From the NCBI GenBank assembly GCA_964650615.1, contig CAZYUS010000003.1, positions 1 through 43,580 of the forward strand: a DNA stretch of 43,580 bases. Reading direction: 5' to 3'. The notes beneath the pieces are model-generated. The model was not told the origin of the DNA, did not search any database, and worked only from the letters and a program-made list of their open reading frames with translations. The stretch comes from an uncultured Pseudomonadaceae bacterium. GTDB lineage: Bacteria > Pseudomonadota > Gammaproteobacteria > Enterobacterales > Permianibacteraceae. Below are positions 1 to 10,432 of this stretch, one piece after another. Made by a program: the position numbers and the translations under genes. Numbering within the stretch: position 1 is the first letter of the stretch; every line of letters begins with the position of its first letter.

Positions 1-1
1 T

Positions 2-1678
2 ACACCGGGCGTCGAAACCCCCCCGGGGCCACTGGGACAGGGGCTGGCTAACGCCGTGGGCATGGCGCTGGCCGAAAAAATGCTGGCCGCGCAGTTCAAT
101 CGCGACGGTTTAGCCATTGTCGACCATTACACCTACGTGTTCTTGGGCGATGGCTGCCTGATGGAAGGCATTTCGCATGAAGCCTGTTCGCTGGCGGGTA
201 CGCTGGGCCTTGGCAAACTGATTTGTTTTTACGATGACAACGGCATTTCGATCGACGGTGAAGTGCACGGCTGGTTTACCGACGACAGCGTGCGCCGGTT
301 TGAAAGTTACGGCTGGCAAGTGATCCCCAATGTCGATGGCCATGACGCCGACGAGATCAAACAAGCCATCGAAACCGCACGCGCCGAAACCGAGCGCCCG
401 ACCTTAATCTGCTGCAAAACCATTATTGGTTTTGGCGCCCCCACTAAAGCCGGCAAAGAAGAATGCCATGGCGCGCCGTTGGGCGATGTCGAAATCGCCG
501 GTGCGCGCGAAAAGCTGCAATGGCCACACGCCCCGTTCGAGATCCCGGCGGCCATTTACGCCGCGTGGGACGGCAAACCACGTGGCACCGCACACGAGCA
601 AGCGTGGCAGCAACAGTTCCACGCTTACACCGCGCAACACCGCGAACTAGCGCAGGAATTCAACCGCCGTTTACGCGGTGAGCTGCCCAGTAATTTTAAC
701 GACATCGCCGCCGCGTTTATTGCCGATGTCAACGGCAAGGCCGCCACTATCGCCTCGCGTAAAGCGTCGGAAAATGCACTCAACGCACTGGCACCAAACC
801 TGCCCGAATTAGTCGGCGGTTCGGCCGATTTAGGCGGCTCCAATTTAACCGTCTGGAAAGGCGCTAAAGCCGTTAGCGCACACGATGCCAGCGGCAACTA
901 TCTGCATTACGGTGTGCGCGAATTCGGCATGAGCGCGATCATGAACGGCCTCGCCTTGCACGGTGGATTCATCCCTTATGGCGGCACCTTTTTAATTTTT
1001 ATGGAATACGCACGCAATGCTGTGCGCATGGCCGCGTTAATGAAACAACGCAGCATTTTTGTGTACACCCACGACTCCATTGGCCTCGGTGAAGACGGCC
1101 CCACGCATCAACCGATCGAGCAAATCAATAATCTGCGCGGTACGCCGAATATGAGCGTGTGGCGTCCCTGCGATGCGGTCGAATCGGCCGTCGCGTGGAT
1201 CGAAGCACTGAAGAAAAAAGACGGCCCCTCCAGTTTGATTTTTTCACGCCAAAATTTACCGCATCAAATACGTGACACCGCGCAAATAAACGACATCGCG
1301 CGCGGTGCCTATGTGTTATCCGACAGCACCGGCACACCCGATCTGATTTTAATCGCCACCGGTTCCGAAGTGAATTTGGCCCAATTGGCCGCACAACAGT
1401 TACGCGAACACGGTAAGAAAGTGCGCGTCGTGTCGATGCCGTGCAGCACTGTTTTTGACGCGCAAAGTAACGACTATAAAGAATCCGTATTGCCGACCAG
1501 TACGCGTCGTCGCATCGCGATCGAAGCCGGTCACGGTGATTTCTGGTTTAAATACACCGGACTCGATGGTCGCGTAATTGCGATGTCAACATTCGGCGAA
1601 TCGGCACCGGCCGACCAATTATTTGCGCAATTCGGTTTCACGGTCGACAACATCGTGAACACCGCAAAAACGATGTAA
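2..1678 (+). CDS. tkt: Transketolase (5'-truncated by window edge)
   Basis: Frame open from base 2 ([20 protein letters not shown]); ThDP motif GDGCLMEG...DDN; [24 protein letters not shown]. Confidence 0.97.
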   Translation, partial: TPGVETPPGPLGQGLANAVGMALAEKMLAAQFNRDGLAIVDHYTYVFLGDGCLMEGISHEACSLAGTLGLGKLICFYDDNGISIDGEVHGWFTDDSVRRFESYGWQVIPNVDGHDADEIKQAIETARAETERPTLICCKTIIGFGAPTKAGKEECHGAPLGDVEIAGAREKLQWPHAPFEIPAAIYAAWDGKPRGTAHEQAWQQQFHAYTAQHRELAQEFNRRLRGELPSNFNDIAAAFIADVNGKAATIASRKASENALNALAPNLPELVGGSADLGGSNLTVWKGAKAVSAHDASGNYLHYGVREFGMSAIMNGLALHGGFIPYGGTFLIFMEYARNAVRMAALMKQRSIFVYTHDSIGLGEDGPTHQPIEQINNLRGTPNMSVWRPCDAVESAVAWIEALKKKDGPSSLIFSRQNLPHQIRDTAQINDIARGAYVLSDSTGTPDLILIATGSEVNLAQLAAQQLREHGKKVRVVSMPCSTVFDAQSNDYKESVLPTSTRRRIAIEAGHGDFWFKYTGLDGRVIAMSTFGESAPADQLFAQFGFTVDNIVNTAKTM

Positions 1679-1687
1679 TTAACGTGA

Positions 1688-1707
1688 GTAGGAGCGCGCG
1701 CTCCTAC
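1688..1707. repeat. GTAG-type REP-like perfect palindrome
   Basis: GTAGGAGCGCGCGCTCCTAC is its own reverse complement; lies just after the tkt stop. Confidence 0.7.
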
Positions 1708-1818
1708 GTTAACACCAACGCACATCGCAAAGACGATGCAAACAATAAAGCAGTGCAAAGACATTGCTGTTTTTAAGCAGTACCTTTTTTATTTAGTGCA
1801 CATTCGGAGTAGGAAACT

Positions 1819-2829
1819 ATGGCAGTAAGAATCGGTATCAACGGTTACGGTCGTATCGGCAAACAAGTGTTACGCGCCATTTACGAATACAACCGTCGTG
1901 ACGAAGTGGTGGTGACGGCAGTGAACACGTCGCACCCCATCGCAGACGAAGCCTTTTTCACCCAGTACGACACCACACATGGCCGTTTTGATGGCACGGT
2001 CACGCACGATGATAAGCACATCATCATCAACGGCGATAAGGTGCGCGTGTTCGCTGATCGCGATCCGGCCAATATTCCGTGGCACGAAGCCGGCGTCGAT
2101 ATCGTGTTGGAATGCACCGGAAAATTTGTTTCCAAAGAAAAAGCCTTAGCGCATTTAAAAGGCGGTGCCAAAAAAGTGTTGATTTCGGCCCCCGGTGAAA
2201 AAGACGTTGATGCCACCGTCGTTTACGGCGTTAATCACAACGTTTTAACCCGTGATATGGTGGTGGTGTCGAATGCGTCTTGCACCACGAATTGCTTGGC
2301 ACCGATCGCCAAAGTATTGAACGATCACATCGGCATCGAAAACGGTTTAATGACCACCATACACGCCTTCACCAACGATCAGCGTGTGCTTGATGGACAT
2401 CACAAAGATCTGCGTCGCGCCCGCACCGCCGCGCAAAATATGATCCCGACCAAAACCGGTGCCGCAAAAGCGGTCGGTTTAGTGATCCCCGAATTAAATG
2501 GCAAACTCGACGGTTTTGCCGTACGCGTGCCGACGCAAAATGTTTCCGTCGTTGATCTGTCGTTTGTCGCCAAACGTGACACCACCAAAGACGAAATCAA
2601 TGCGCTGATGAAAGCCGCCGCCGAGGGCGCGATGAAAGGCGTATTGGGTTATAACGAATTGCCGTTGGTATCGAGCGATTTTAATCACAACCCGCACTCG
2701 TCGGTGTTTGACGCAACCCAAACCAAAGTGAACGGTCGCTTGATTAAAGTCTTATCGTGGTACGACAACGAATGGGGTTTCTCGGTGCGGATGATCGACA
2801 CCGCGTTGGCGATGATGAACGCGAAGTAA
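1819..2829 (+). CDS. gap: Type I glyceraldehyde-3-phosphate dehydrogenase
   Basis: [40 protein letters not shown]; RBS-like GGAG/AGGA upstream; between tkt and pgk. Confidence 0.93.
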   Translation: MAVRIGINGYGRIGKQVLRAIYEYNRRDEVVVTAVNTSHPIADEAFFTQYDTTHGRFDGTVTHDDKHIIINGDKVRVFADRDPANIPWHEAGVDIVLECTGKFVSKEKALAHLKGGAKKVLISAPGEKDVDATVVYGVNHNVLTRDMVVVSNASCTTNCLAPIAKVLNDHIGIENGLMTTIHAFTNDQRVLDGHHKDLRRARTAAQNMIPTKTGAAKAVGLVIPELNGKLDGFAVRVPTQNVSVVDLSFVAKRDTTKDEINALMKAAAEGAMKGVLGYNELPLVSSDFNHNPHSSVFDATQTKVNGRLIKVLSWYDNEWGFSVRMIDTALAMMNAK

Positions 2830-2889
2830 AAGGTGAAACGAAATAAGGGAGCAGAAATTTAGGCCACCTGAATGTCTTGCCATACTTGA

Positions 2890-2944
2890 GTAGGAGCGGC
2901 TTTAGCCGCGAATCGGCATCGTTCGCGACGAAAGTCGCTCCTAC
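2890..2944. repeat. REP doublet (REPIN-like), GTAGGAGCG family
   Basis: GTAGGAGCGGCTTTAGCCGCGA (2890-2911) and inverted TCGCGACGAAAGTCGCTCCTAC (2923-2944), each with an internal palindrome. Confidence 0.85.
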
Positions 2945-3005
2945 GGCGTGTCGCACCTAGATGCTCCTCTGTTTAGTTTTTTGGGTTTCATTGCAAGGAA
3001 AAACC

Positions 3006-4181
3006 ATGAACGTCATTAAAATGTCGGATCTCGATTTGCGTGGCAAACGGGTGTTGATCCGTGAAGATTTAAACACACCGTTAAGCGACGGAAAAATCAC
3101 TTCGGCGGTACGCTTGGAAGCGTCATTACCGACGATTCAAATGGCGATCGCGGCAGGTGCCAAGGTCATGGTGATGTCGCATCTGGGGCGTCCGGAAGAA
3201 GGCGTATTAAAACCGGAAGATTCATTAGCGCCGATCGTGGAGTGGTATCGCTCGCGCTTAACCGCCCCCGTGCGTTTGGTCAGCGACTACTTAACAGGTG
3301 TTGACGTTAACGATGGCGAAGTGGTTTTTCTGGAAAACGTGCGTTGCAATAAAGGCGAAAAGAAAAACAGCGACGAGTTAGCACAGCGCTACGCCGCGTT
3401 ATGTGATGTCTACGTAGGTGATGCGTTCGGCACGGCTCATCGCGCCGAAGCGTCCACTCACGGCGTCGCCAAATTCGCCAAAATCGCCTGCGCGGGTCCG
3501 TTAATGGCCGCTGAAATCGACGCATTAACCAAAGCGCTATCGGCCCCCAAACGTCCTTTAGTCGCCATCGTCGGCGGTTCAAAAGTGTCGACCAAATTAA
3601 CCATTCTCGAATCACTCGCGCAAAAAGTCGATCAACTGATTGTCGGCGGTGGCATTGCCAACACCTTCTTGGCAGCCGCCGGTTTACCGATTGGCAAATC
3701 ACTTTATGAAGCCGACTTGGTTGAACAAGCAAAAACGTTAATGAAAGACGCGATGGCTCGCGGCGCGGAAATTCCATTGCCCGTTGACGTCGTGGTCGGC
3801 AAAAAATTCGATGCGAATGAACCCGCTGTCATTAAAGCCGTAACCGAGGTGGCTGCCGATGACATGATTTTCGACGTCGGCCCAGAAACGCAAAAACGTT
3901 TTGCCAGCTATGTGCAGCGTGCACAAACCATCGTGTGGAACGGTCCCGTGGGCGTGTTCGAATTTGATCAATTCGGTGAAGGCACCAAAGCGTTGTCACT
4001 CGCGATCGCACACAGCGATGCGTTTTCATTAGCCGGTGGCGGCGACACCTTAGCGGCCGTGGATAAATACGGCATTACCGAACACGTGTCGTATATTTCT
4101 ACCGGTGGCGGTGCATTCCTCGAATTTTTGGAAGGAAAGGAATTACCGGCGATTGCCATTTTGGTTGAACGCGCGAAATAA
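3006..4181 (+). CDS. pgk: Phosphoglycerate kinase
   Basis: [50 protein letters not shown]; start moved to ATG 3006 behind AAGGAA. Confidence 0.97.
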   Translation: MNVIKMSDLDLRGKRVLIREDLNTPLSDGKITSAVRLEASLPTIQMAIAAGAKVMVMSHLGRPEEGVLKPEDSLAPIVEWYRSRLTAPVRLVSDYLTGVDVNDGEVVFLENVRCNKGEKKNSDELAQRYAALCDVYVGDAFGTAHRAEASTHGVAKFAKIACAGPLMAAEIDALTKALSAPKRPLVAIVGGSKVSTKLTILESLAQKVDQLIVGGGIANTFLAAAGLPIGKSLYEADLVEQAKTLMKDAMARGAEIPLPVDVVVGKKFDANEPAVIKAVTEVAADDMIFDVGPETQKRFASYVQRAQTIVWNGPVGVFEFDQFGEGTKALSLAIAHSDAFSLAGGGDTLAAVDKYGITEHVSYISTGGGAFLEFLEGKELPAIAILVERAK

Positions 4182-4185
4182 ATGC

Positions 4186-4253
4186 GTAGGAGCAATTCAC
4201 GAATTGCTCAACACCCGAATCCAACACAAGGGCAATTCGTGAATTGCCCCTAC
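4186..4253. repeat. REP doublet, second family (GTAGG[A/G]GCAATTCACGAATTGC)
   Basis: GTAGGAGCAATTCACGAATTGCTC (4186-4209) and inverted GGGCAATTCGTGAATTGCCCCTAC (4230-4253). Confidence 0.8.
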
Positions 4254-4284
4254 ACAAGCGAATCGAATTTATAAGGAGATCGAC

Positions 4285-5349
4285 ATGGCTTTAATCACAT
4301 TGCGTCAGTTATTGGATCACGCGGCGGAATACGGTTACGGTGTGCCGGCGTTTAACGTCAACAACTTAGAACAAATGCGCGCAGTGATGGAAGCGGCCGA
4401 CAAAACCGACTCACCGGTGATTATTCAAGCCTCGGCGGGTGCGCGCAAATATGCCGGCTCGGCATTTCTGCGTCATTTAATTTTGGCGGCCATCGAAGAG
4501 TTTCCGCATATTCCGGTATGTATGCATCAAGATCACGGCGTGTCTCCGGGCGTGTGCCAACGTTCAATTCAACTCGGCTTTTCCTCGGTGATGATGGACG
4601 GTTCACTCGGTGAAGACGGTAAAACCCCAACCGATTACGATTACAACGTCCGCGTGACCAAAACGACGGTGGATTTTTCGCACGCCTGCGGCGTTTCGGT
4701 TGAAGGCGAGATCGGTTGTTTGGGTTCGCTCGAAACCGGCATGATGGGTGAAGAAGACGGTCACGGTGCCGAAGGCAAACTCGATCATTCGCAATTATTA
4801 ACCGATCCAGAAGAAGCCGCGCGTTTCGTGCGCGACACGCAAGTCGATGCACTCGCGATCGCGATTGGAACATCACATGGCGCGTATAAATTCAGCCGCC
4901 CACCCACAGGCGATACGCTGGCCATCGCGCGCGTAAAAGAAATTCACGCCCGTATTCCGAACACCCATTTGGTCATGCACGGTTCGTCGTCGGTGCCGCA
5001 AGAATGGCTGAAAATCATCAACGACAATGGCGGTAATTTAGGCGAAACCTACGGCGTGCCGGTGGCCGAAATTCAAGAAGCCATCAAACACGGTGTGCGC
5101 AAAGTGAATATCGACACCGATCTGCGCTTGGCCGCTACCGGTGCCATCCGCCAGTTCCTGACGAAAAATCCGAAAGAATTCGATCCACGCAAATTCCTCG
5201 CCGAATCGACCAAAGCGATGGGGCAAATTTGTCACGATCGCTACGAACAATTTAATTGCGCCGGCCACGCCTCTAAGATCAAAGTATTAGGATTGGAAGC
5301 AATGACCAAACGTTATAGCAGTGGTGAATTAGCCGCTAAAATTAATTAA
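4285..5349 (+). CDS. fba: Fructose-bisphosphate aldolase class II
   Basis: [45 protein letters not shown]; RBS AAGGAG. Confidence 0.97.
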   Translation: MALITLRQLLDHAAEYGYGVPAFNVNNLEQMRAVMEAADKTDSPVIIQASAGARKYAGSAFLRHLILAAIEEFPHIPVCMHQDHGVSPGVCQRSIQLGFSSVMMDGSLGEDGKTPTDYDYNVRVTKTTVDFSHACGVSVEGEIGCLGSLETGMMGEEDGHGAEGKLDHSQLLTDPEEAARFVRDTQVDALAIAIGTSHGAYKFSRPPTGDTLAIARVKEIHARIPNTHLVMHGSSSVPQEWLKIINDNGGNLGETYGVPVAEIQEAIKHGVRKVNIDTDLRLAATGAIRQFLTKNPKEFDPRKFLAESTKAMGQICHDRYEQFNCAGHASKIKVLGLEAMTKRYSSGELAAKIN

Positions 5350-5380
5350 TACTTAAGCTTTTTGTATTACCTTTTTTTGC

Positions 5381-5407
5381 ACAGGCCGCGTTTGCGGCCT
5401 GTTTTTT
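5381..5407 (+). terminator. Intrinsic terminator after fba
   Basis: Stem ACAGGCCGC-gttt-GCGGCCTGT followed by a T run. Confidence 0.85.
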
Positions 5408-5428
5408 CTTCCGACAGGTTTACGCACG

Positions 5429-7282
5429 ATGATCCTTGCTCACTTACGTCGCTTCGCACTTTTGTCATGGCTATTGACCATCGCCATGATGTCATTGCTC
5501 CTGCCCGAGATGGCATGGATTGATGCGTATAACAGCGTGTTTACGGTGTTGGCTTATGCTAGTTATGCCGCGTTTTATTTGCTGCCGTTTATGACCTTAG
5601 CGTGGTTGTTGGCGCGTTATGCCAAGCTCAACAAAAGTGCCGCTACAGTCGCGGTTGTTTCTAGCGCCTTGATCCTGATTTTTTTGTATGCCGATGCACG
5701 AATTTTGTCGATGTATGGTTTTCACATTAATGGTTTTGTGATCAACTTACTGCTAACACCGGGCGGCATTGATTCACTGGGCGGTGATGCCGCCACACAA
5801 ATCGGATTCGCCCTGATCATCGCCATTGTGCTCGCCGGTCAATGGTTGTTATGGCGGTTATGCCAACGTGATGCCGTGATCCGATTCATGCCGCTAAAAC
5901 GCTTCAGTCTCGTGATCGGATTGCTTGTCGTGGCAACCATAGCCGAACGTTTGATGTTTGGTTTCGCCGATCTGCGCGCACGCGGCCAGACCTTGAGCGT
6001 GGCGCAAACGATTCCGCTGTATCAGGCCACGCGCTTACGCACGGTGGGAAAAAAATGGGGTCTGTTAGTGCCGCAACAGCGGCAACTGTCGGTCAAGCAA
6101 GAAGGACAGTTGCAGTACCCGTTAAAACCATTAGAGATTCATACACCGGCCCAGCCTTACAACATTATTTGGTTGGTGTCGGAATCGTTACGTGCCGATA
6201 TGTTGAATGAAAAGATCATGCCGACAACGTGGGAATTTGCCAAAAAAGGCCAACGTTTTACCCACCACTTCAGCGGTGGCAACGGCACGCGTTTTGGTAT
6301 GTTTTCGTTATTCACCGGACTGCCCGGCAGTTATTGGTTTTCGTTTTTGGATGATGAACGCGGCGCGGCGGTCATGGATGTGGTGCTGGCGCAAAACTAC
6401 CAACTGCATTTATCCACCGCACAATCGTTTACCTATCCCGAATTTGAACGCACGCTTTTTGTGCGCGTACCGCGTGAGAATATGCACGTCGACGATCAAG
6501 GCGATGGCCACGAACGTGATCGACGCAATATCAAACGATTGATCGACGCACTCGACGCTCGCGATCCGAGCAAGCCGATTTTCGCCTTCAATTTTTTCGA
6601 GTCACCACACGCGCGTTATTATTTTGATGAACAAACCGCCATCGAAAAAGATTATCTGGCCGATTTTAACTACGCGCGCGCCGACGTCGATTCGTTACGA
6701 CGCGATATCGTCGGTATCAAGAACCGTTACATCAACGCCGTTCATGCGCTCGACGAAACGTTAACACCGTTGTGGCATTATCTCGAACGTCAACAAATGC
6801 TCGACAACACCATCGTGATTTTTACCGGCGATCACGGTGAAGAATTTATGGAACAAGGACGCTGGGGACATAATTCCGAATTCGTCAACGAACAAATTCA
6901 CGTTCCGTTGGTCATGTGGTTGCCGGGACAAGCCGCCACGGTTGACGATCGTTTTTCCGCCCATATGGACGTTACCGCAACCATCATGCCACGGCTCGGT
7001 GTGCGCAATCCGACCAGCGATTACGCCCTCGGTTTTGATTTGACACAGCCACCACAACGTCACTACACCTTGCTCGCCGATTGGGAACGCGTTGCGTATT
7101 TTGATCGTGACGTAAAAATTGCCATCCCGATGACCGCCAAAGGATTTGCCCAGCAAACGGTCAGTACCGCAAACGACGCTCCAGTGACCGATGAGGCGTC
7201 CGTCATGCAACAAAAACAGAGCGCTCTGTTGCAAGCCATGCGCGATGTCAGCGCCTTCAAGAAGCTTGGTAAACGCGAGTGA
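5429..7282 (+). CDS. YejM/PbgA-like (DUF3413) membrane protein with sulfatase/alkaline-phosphatase-fold periplasmic domain
   Basis: About five N-terminal TM segments incl. YGFHINGFVINLL; NIIWLVSESLRAD, SGGNGTRFGMFSLF, IFTGDHGEEF..WGHNS, HVPLV. Confidence 0.8.
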   Translation: MILAHLRRFALLSWLLTIAMMSLLLPEMAWIDAYNSVFTVLAYASYAAFYLLPFMTLAWLLARYAKLNKSAATVAVVSSALILIFLYADARILSMYGFHINGFVINLLLTPGGIDSLGGDAATQIGFALIIAIVLAGQWLLWRLCQRDAVIRFMPLKRFSLVIGLLVVATIAERLMFGFADLRARGQTLSVAQTIPLYQATRLRTVGKKWGLLVPQQRQLSVKQEGQLQYPLKPLEIHTPAQPYNIIWLVSESLRADMLNEKIMPTTWEFAKKGQRFTHHFSGGNGTRFGMFSLFTGLPGSYWFSFLDDERGAAVMDVVLAQNYQLHLSTAQSFTYPEFERTLFVRVPRENMHVDDQGDGHERDRRNIKRLIDALDARDPSKPIFAFNFFESPHARYYFDEQTAIEKDYLADFNYARADVDSLRRDIVGIKNRYINAVHALDETLTPLWHYLERQQMLDNTIVIFTGDHGEEFMEQGRWGHNSEFVNEQIHVPLVMWLPGQAATVDDRFSAHMDVTATIMPRLGVRNPTSDYALGFDLTQPPQRHYTLLADWERVAYFDRDVKIAIPMTAKGFAQQTVSTANDAPVTDEASVMQQKQSALLQAMRDVSAFKKLGKRE

Positions 7283-7355
7283 AAACACATCACCATTTAC
7301 GGCCTTGTCTCGCCTTTGGCACAATGCCCGCTCGTTTCAACGTGGCGTATTACTC

Positions 7356-7976
7356 ATGACCGCACCTCGCCGTTTTTCCATGATCCGCGATTTTCATCTG
7401 GCGGATTGGATCACCATCGCCAATTCCTTTTGCGGCATGGGCGCGCTATTTGCCGCGATGTCGTATTTGCAAAGCCCAGAAGATCGCTGGCATTTATTGC
7501 TCGCCTGCGCCCTGATCCCGCTGGCGTTTATTTTCGATGTGCTGGATGGCAAGGTGGCGCGTTGGCGTCACGAATCGTCGGTGTTGGGGCGTGAACTCGA
7601 TTCCTTGTCCGACGTGATCTCATTCGGCGTGGCACCGGCCGTCATTGCTTATGCGTCGGGTATGCAAGGATTATGGGATCGCGTTATCTTGTTGTATTTT
7701 GTCGCGTGCGGCGTGTCACGTTTGGCGCGCTATAACGTCACCGCCGAAAAATTAACCGGTGATGGCGACAAAGTGAAATATTTCGAAGGCACGCCGATTC
7801 CGACATCGTTGTTGCTGGTCGTGGTGATGGCCATCGCCACCTGGCAAGGCGCACTCGGTGAACAATTATGGTTTGGTATGACGCTTATCGGTGGCTGGCA
7901 ATTTCACCCGCTGAGCCTGATGTTTGCGATTTCGGGTAGTTTGATGATTAGCACCATTCGCATTCCGAAATTTTAG
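7356..7976 (+). CDS. pssA: CDP-diacylglycerol--serine O-phosphatidyltransferase (CDP-alcohol phosphatidyltransferase family)
   Basis: DVLDGKVAR...LGRELDSLSDVISFGVAP, RLARYN, FEGTPIP; start moved to ATG 7356. Confidence 0.85.
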   Translation: MTAPRRFSMIRDFHLADWITIANSFCGMGALFAAMSYLQSPEDRWHLLLACALIPLAFIFDVLDGKVARWRHESSVLGRELDSLSDVISFGVAPAVIAYASGMQGLWDRVILLYFVACGVSRLARYNVTAEKLTGDGDKVKYFEGTPIPTSLLLVVVMAIATWQGALGEQLWFGMTLIGGWQFHPLSLMFAISGSLMISTIRIPKF

Positions 7977-7987
7977 CGTCATCACAA

Positions 7988-8025
7988 CAAAAAAAACGGA
8001 AACCGCTCGGTTTCCGTTTTTTTTT
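7988..8025. terminator. Bidirectional intrinsic terminator between pssA and serA
   Basis: A-run CGGAAACC-gctc-GGTTTCCG T-run between convergent genes. Confidence 0.92.
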
Positions 8026-8047
8026 GCCGCAACCCAGCGCCTCACCA

Positions 8048-9280
8048 TCAGTACAACAAACGCGCCCGAATTGTGCCTTTAATCGTTTTCAATTTTTCAA
8101 ATGCCACATCACTGCTTTCGGAATCAATATCGGTTACGACGTAACCGATGTCGCCATTCGTTTGCAGATACTGCGCCGAAATGTTCACATTATTATCCGA
8201 AAACACGCTGTTCACTTGCTTCAAAATACCGGGCTCGTTGCGGTGAATGTGCAACAAACGGTGCTTGCCGATGTGTTGCGGCAAACTCACTTCAGGGAAA
8301 TTTACCGCCGATAACGTCGAACCGTTGTTGCTGTATTTGACCAATTTTTCGATCACTTCCATGCCGATAGCGGCTTGCGCTTCCTGCGTCGAGCCACCGA
8401 TATGCGGTGTCAAAATAACGTTGTCGAATTCACGCAGTGGCGACATGAATTCTTCTTTATTGGATTTCGGTTCTTTGGGAAAAACATCAATCGCCGCCCC
8501 CGCCAAATGTTGTGATTTCAGCACCTGATACAGTGCGTCGATATCGATCACGGTGCCGCGCGAGGCGTTGATCAAGATGCTGCCCGGCTTCATCTTTTTT
8601 AACTGCTCGGCGGTAATCATATTTTTTGTTTGCGCCGTTTCCGGTACGTGCAAGGTGATCACATCGGCACACGCTAACAACTCATCCATCGTGCTTGCTG
8701 GTTGCGCGTTGCCCAAGGCCAATTTATTTTCGATATCGAAATAACGCACTTTCATGCCAATCATTTCGGCCAAGATGCCGAGTTGCGTGCCGATATGTCC
8801 GTAACCGATGATGCCAAGAGTTTTACCACGCGCTTCAAAACAACCGTCGGCACTTTTTGCCCAGCCACCGGCGTGACATTGCGCGCTTTTTTCCGGTACA
8901 CGACGCAATAATAAAATCATTTCGGCGAGCACCAATTCGGCCACCGAACGGGTGTTGGCAAATGGCGCGTTAAACACCGGAATACCCAACTTCTGAGCAT
9001 GATTCAAATCGACTTGATTGGTACCAATACAAAAACAGCCGACGGCGTTCAATTTCACAGCCTTGTCCAGCAACGCGGCGGTTAACTGGGTATTGGAGCG
9101 CAAACCGACAAAATGCGCCTGCGCCAACTCGACCTCTAGCTGTTCCGGAGGTAGCGATTTTTCGAAATAGGCGATATTGGTGTAGCCATCGGCTTTCAAA
9201 TAATCAACGGCGCGCGGGTGTATCCCTTCCAACAACAGAAAACGGATGCGATCTTTGGGCAGTGTTTGGCGTTCGGACAT
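8048..9280 (-). CDS. serA: D-3-phosphoglycerate dehydrogenase
   Basis: GCFCIGTNQVDL, NTRSVAELV, GIIGYGHIG, NASRG, TPHIGGST, C-terminal ACT domain. Confidence 0.97.
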   Translation of the reverse strand: MSERQTLPKDRIRFLLLEGIHPRAVDYLKADGYTNIAYFEKSLPPEQLEVELAQAHFVGLRSNTQLTAALLDKAVKLNAVGCFCIGTNQVDLNHAQKLGIPVFNAPFANTRSVAELVLAEMILLLRRVPEKSAQCHAGGWAKSADGCFEARGKTLGIIGYGHIGTQLGILAEMIGMKVRYFDIENKLALGNAQPASTMDELLACADVITLHVPETAQTKNMITAEQLKKMKPGSILINASRGTVIDIDALYQVLKSQHLAGAAIDVFPKEPKSNKEEFMSPLREFDNVILTPHIGGSTQEAQAAIGMEVIEKLVKYSNNGSTLSAVNFPEVSLPQHIGKHRLLHIHRNEPGILKQVNSVFSDNNVNISAQYLQTNGDIGYVVTDIDSESSDVAFEKLKTIKGTIRARLLY

Positions 9281-9396
9281 GGCGATATGACATTACGGAA
9301 TGACGGGGGCTGACTTTGGCAGGTTTAGACGGCTAAATCCAGAGGGTTTGGTTTAATTCCACCGTGTTTGCGCCGAAATAAGCCCAACCATTTTCA

Positions 9397-10074
9397 TCAT
9401 TGATAAAAGCTGCGAGTGCTAAATCGCCACGTCCATTGCACCGAGTGAGGGCGACGATAACGGTAAACACGCAAGCCAAGGACGCAAAACGCCATCAATT
9501 CGCCCATCACCTCGAACCCCAAGTGCTGATGGACACGCAGCGACACCGTGTTGTTGACGTCAATTTCGGCCCACACGACAGGCATTTCAGTCGCTGCCAG
9601 TGACCTTAACCACGTGTGCAGCAAGCGCTGCGGATAACGCTGGCCGCGTCGCGCCGGTACGACAAAAACATCTCGCCACCAATAGGTCGACGATTGAACC
9701 GAATGGGGTATCTCAAAACCGGTGTCCGAGGCTAACGAGCCCATTCGCGGCCCGATCCAAACGTACGCCGCCAGCTCGCCTTGTTCAAACGCCGCCCAAC
9801 ACTGTTCTTGTCGCCTAACGGCGGCAGCGACCGAGGCCGACGATTGGCCGTTTTCACCGGTTAAAACATCGAATTCTGACTCTGAAAGTTGATGCACCGA
9901 CGCGCACGCGGCGCTATCGCTGCCGCGATCCCTGCACACGATCAGGTGCCGGTTATAGTCCGCAACACGATTACCGTAGGGAAACAACTTGCGCAGCAGC
10001 GCGCGAACAATCGCCGCACCACCACCCTGTCGCCATAAACGCGTCAACGTCCGCCATTTTTTGGTCACTGTCAT
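9397..10074 (-). CDS. GNAT-family N-acetyltransferase
   Basis: DVFVVPARRGQR (acyl-CoA motif A), NNTVSLRVHQHLGF (motif B); start placed at ATG 10074 behind AAGGA. Confidence 0.75.
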   Translation of the reverse strand: MTVTKKWRTLTRLWRQGGGAAIVRALLRKLFPYGNRVADYNRHLIVCRDRGSDSAACASVHQLSESEFDVLTGENGQSSASVAAAVRRQEQCWAAFEQGELAAYVWIGPRMGSLASDTGFEIPHSVQSSTYWWRDVFVVPARRGQRYPQRLLHTWLRSLAATEMPVVWAEIDVNNTVSLRVHQHLGFEVMGELMAFCVLGLRVYRYRRPHSVQWTWRFSTRSFYQ

Positions 10075-10432
10075 CTTCGCATCATCCTTGTTTGCTACCA
10101 ATGGGCGCGCCCTTATAGGGCATACCTTATGGAATTTGTGAGACTTAACGCACAGGAAAAGCAGTAGCCGTCCCTTCATCTGCCGCCCTGATGTCTCTAA
10201 GATCGCCGTCCCGATAGAAGCGGCTCGCCCGCCTCGTCGCGGCAAAGCCAATCGCGGCTCGACAACAACAAGGGATACATGACTCCGGTCATATTAAAGG
10301 ACGCTCGACATTATGCACATCATTATTTCCTAAATTACCGCGCGATTATTTTTTTGTCCGTGTAACCATCACGCTCGTGTTTACGAAAATTTTACGTCGC
10401 TCAAAAATCATTAACCGGTAAAGAATATAACC

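Noticed and set aside
1819-2829. Calling the gene epd on position
   Set aside because: Retains HAFTNDQ and [10 protein letters not shown] typical of phosphorylating GAPDH, not the Epd IPVDT pattern
1688-4253. Palindromic repeats as a CRISPR array
   Set aside because: Not identical, not regularly spaced, separated by whole genes; no cas genes
2-5349. tkt-gap-pgk-fba as a Calvin-cycle (cbb) operon
   Set aside because: No RuBisCO, phosphoribulokinase, FBPase or cbbR in the window; this order is standard in heterotrophic proteobacteria
7318-7333. TGGCAC-N-GC as a sigma54 promoter for pssA
   Set aside because: GG-N10-GC spacing fits, but the -12 element is CCGC rather than TTGC; equally explained as a sigma70 -10 (CACAAT) with GC discriminator
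7191-7355. N-terminal extensions given by the ORF track (also at 2961, 10251, 11451, 17253, 20103, 22432, 30446, 30507, 36144, 38265)
   Set aside because: They overlap neighbours or lack family similarity; downstream starts have RBS, signal peptides or stop-start coupling
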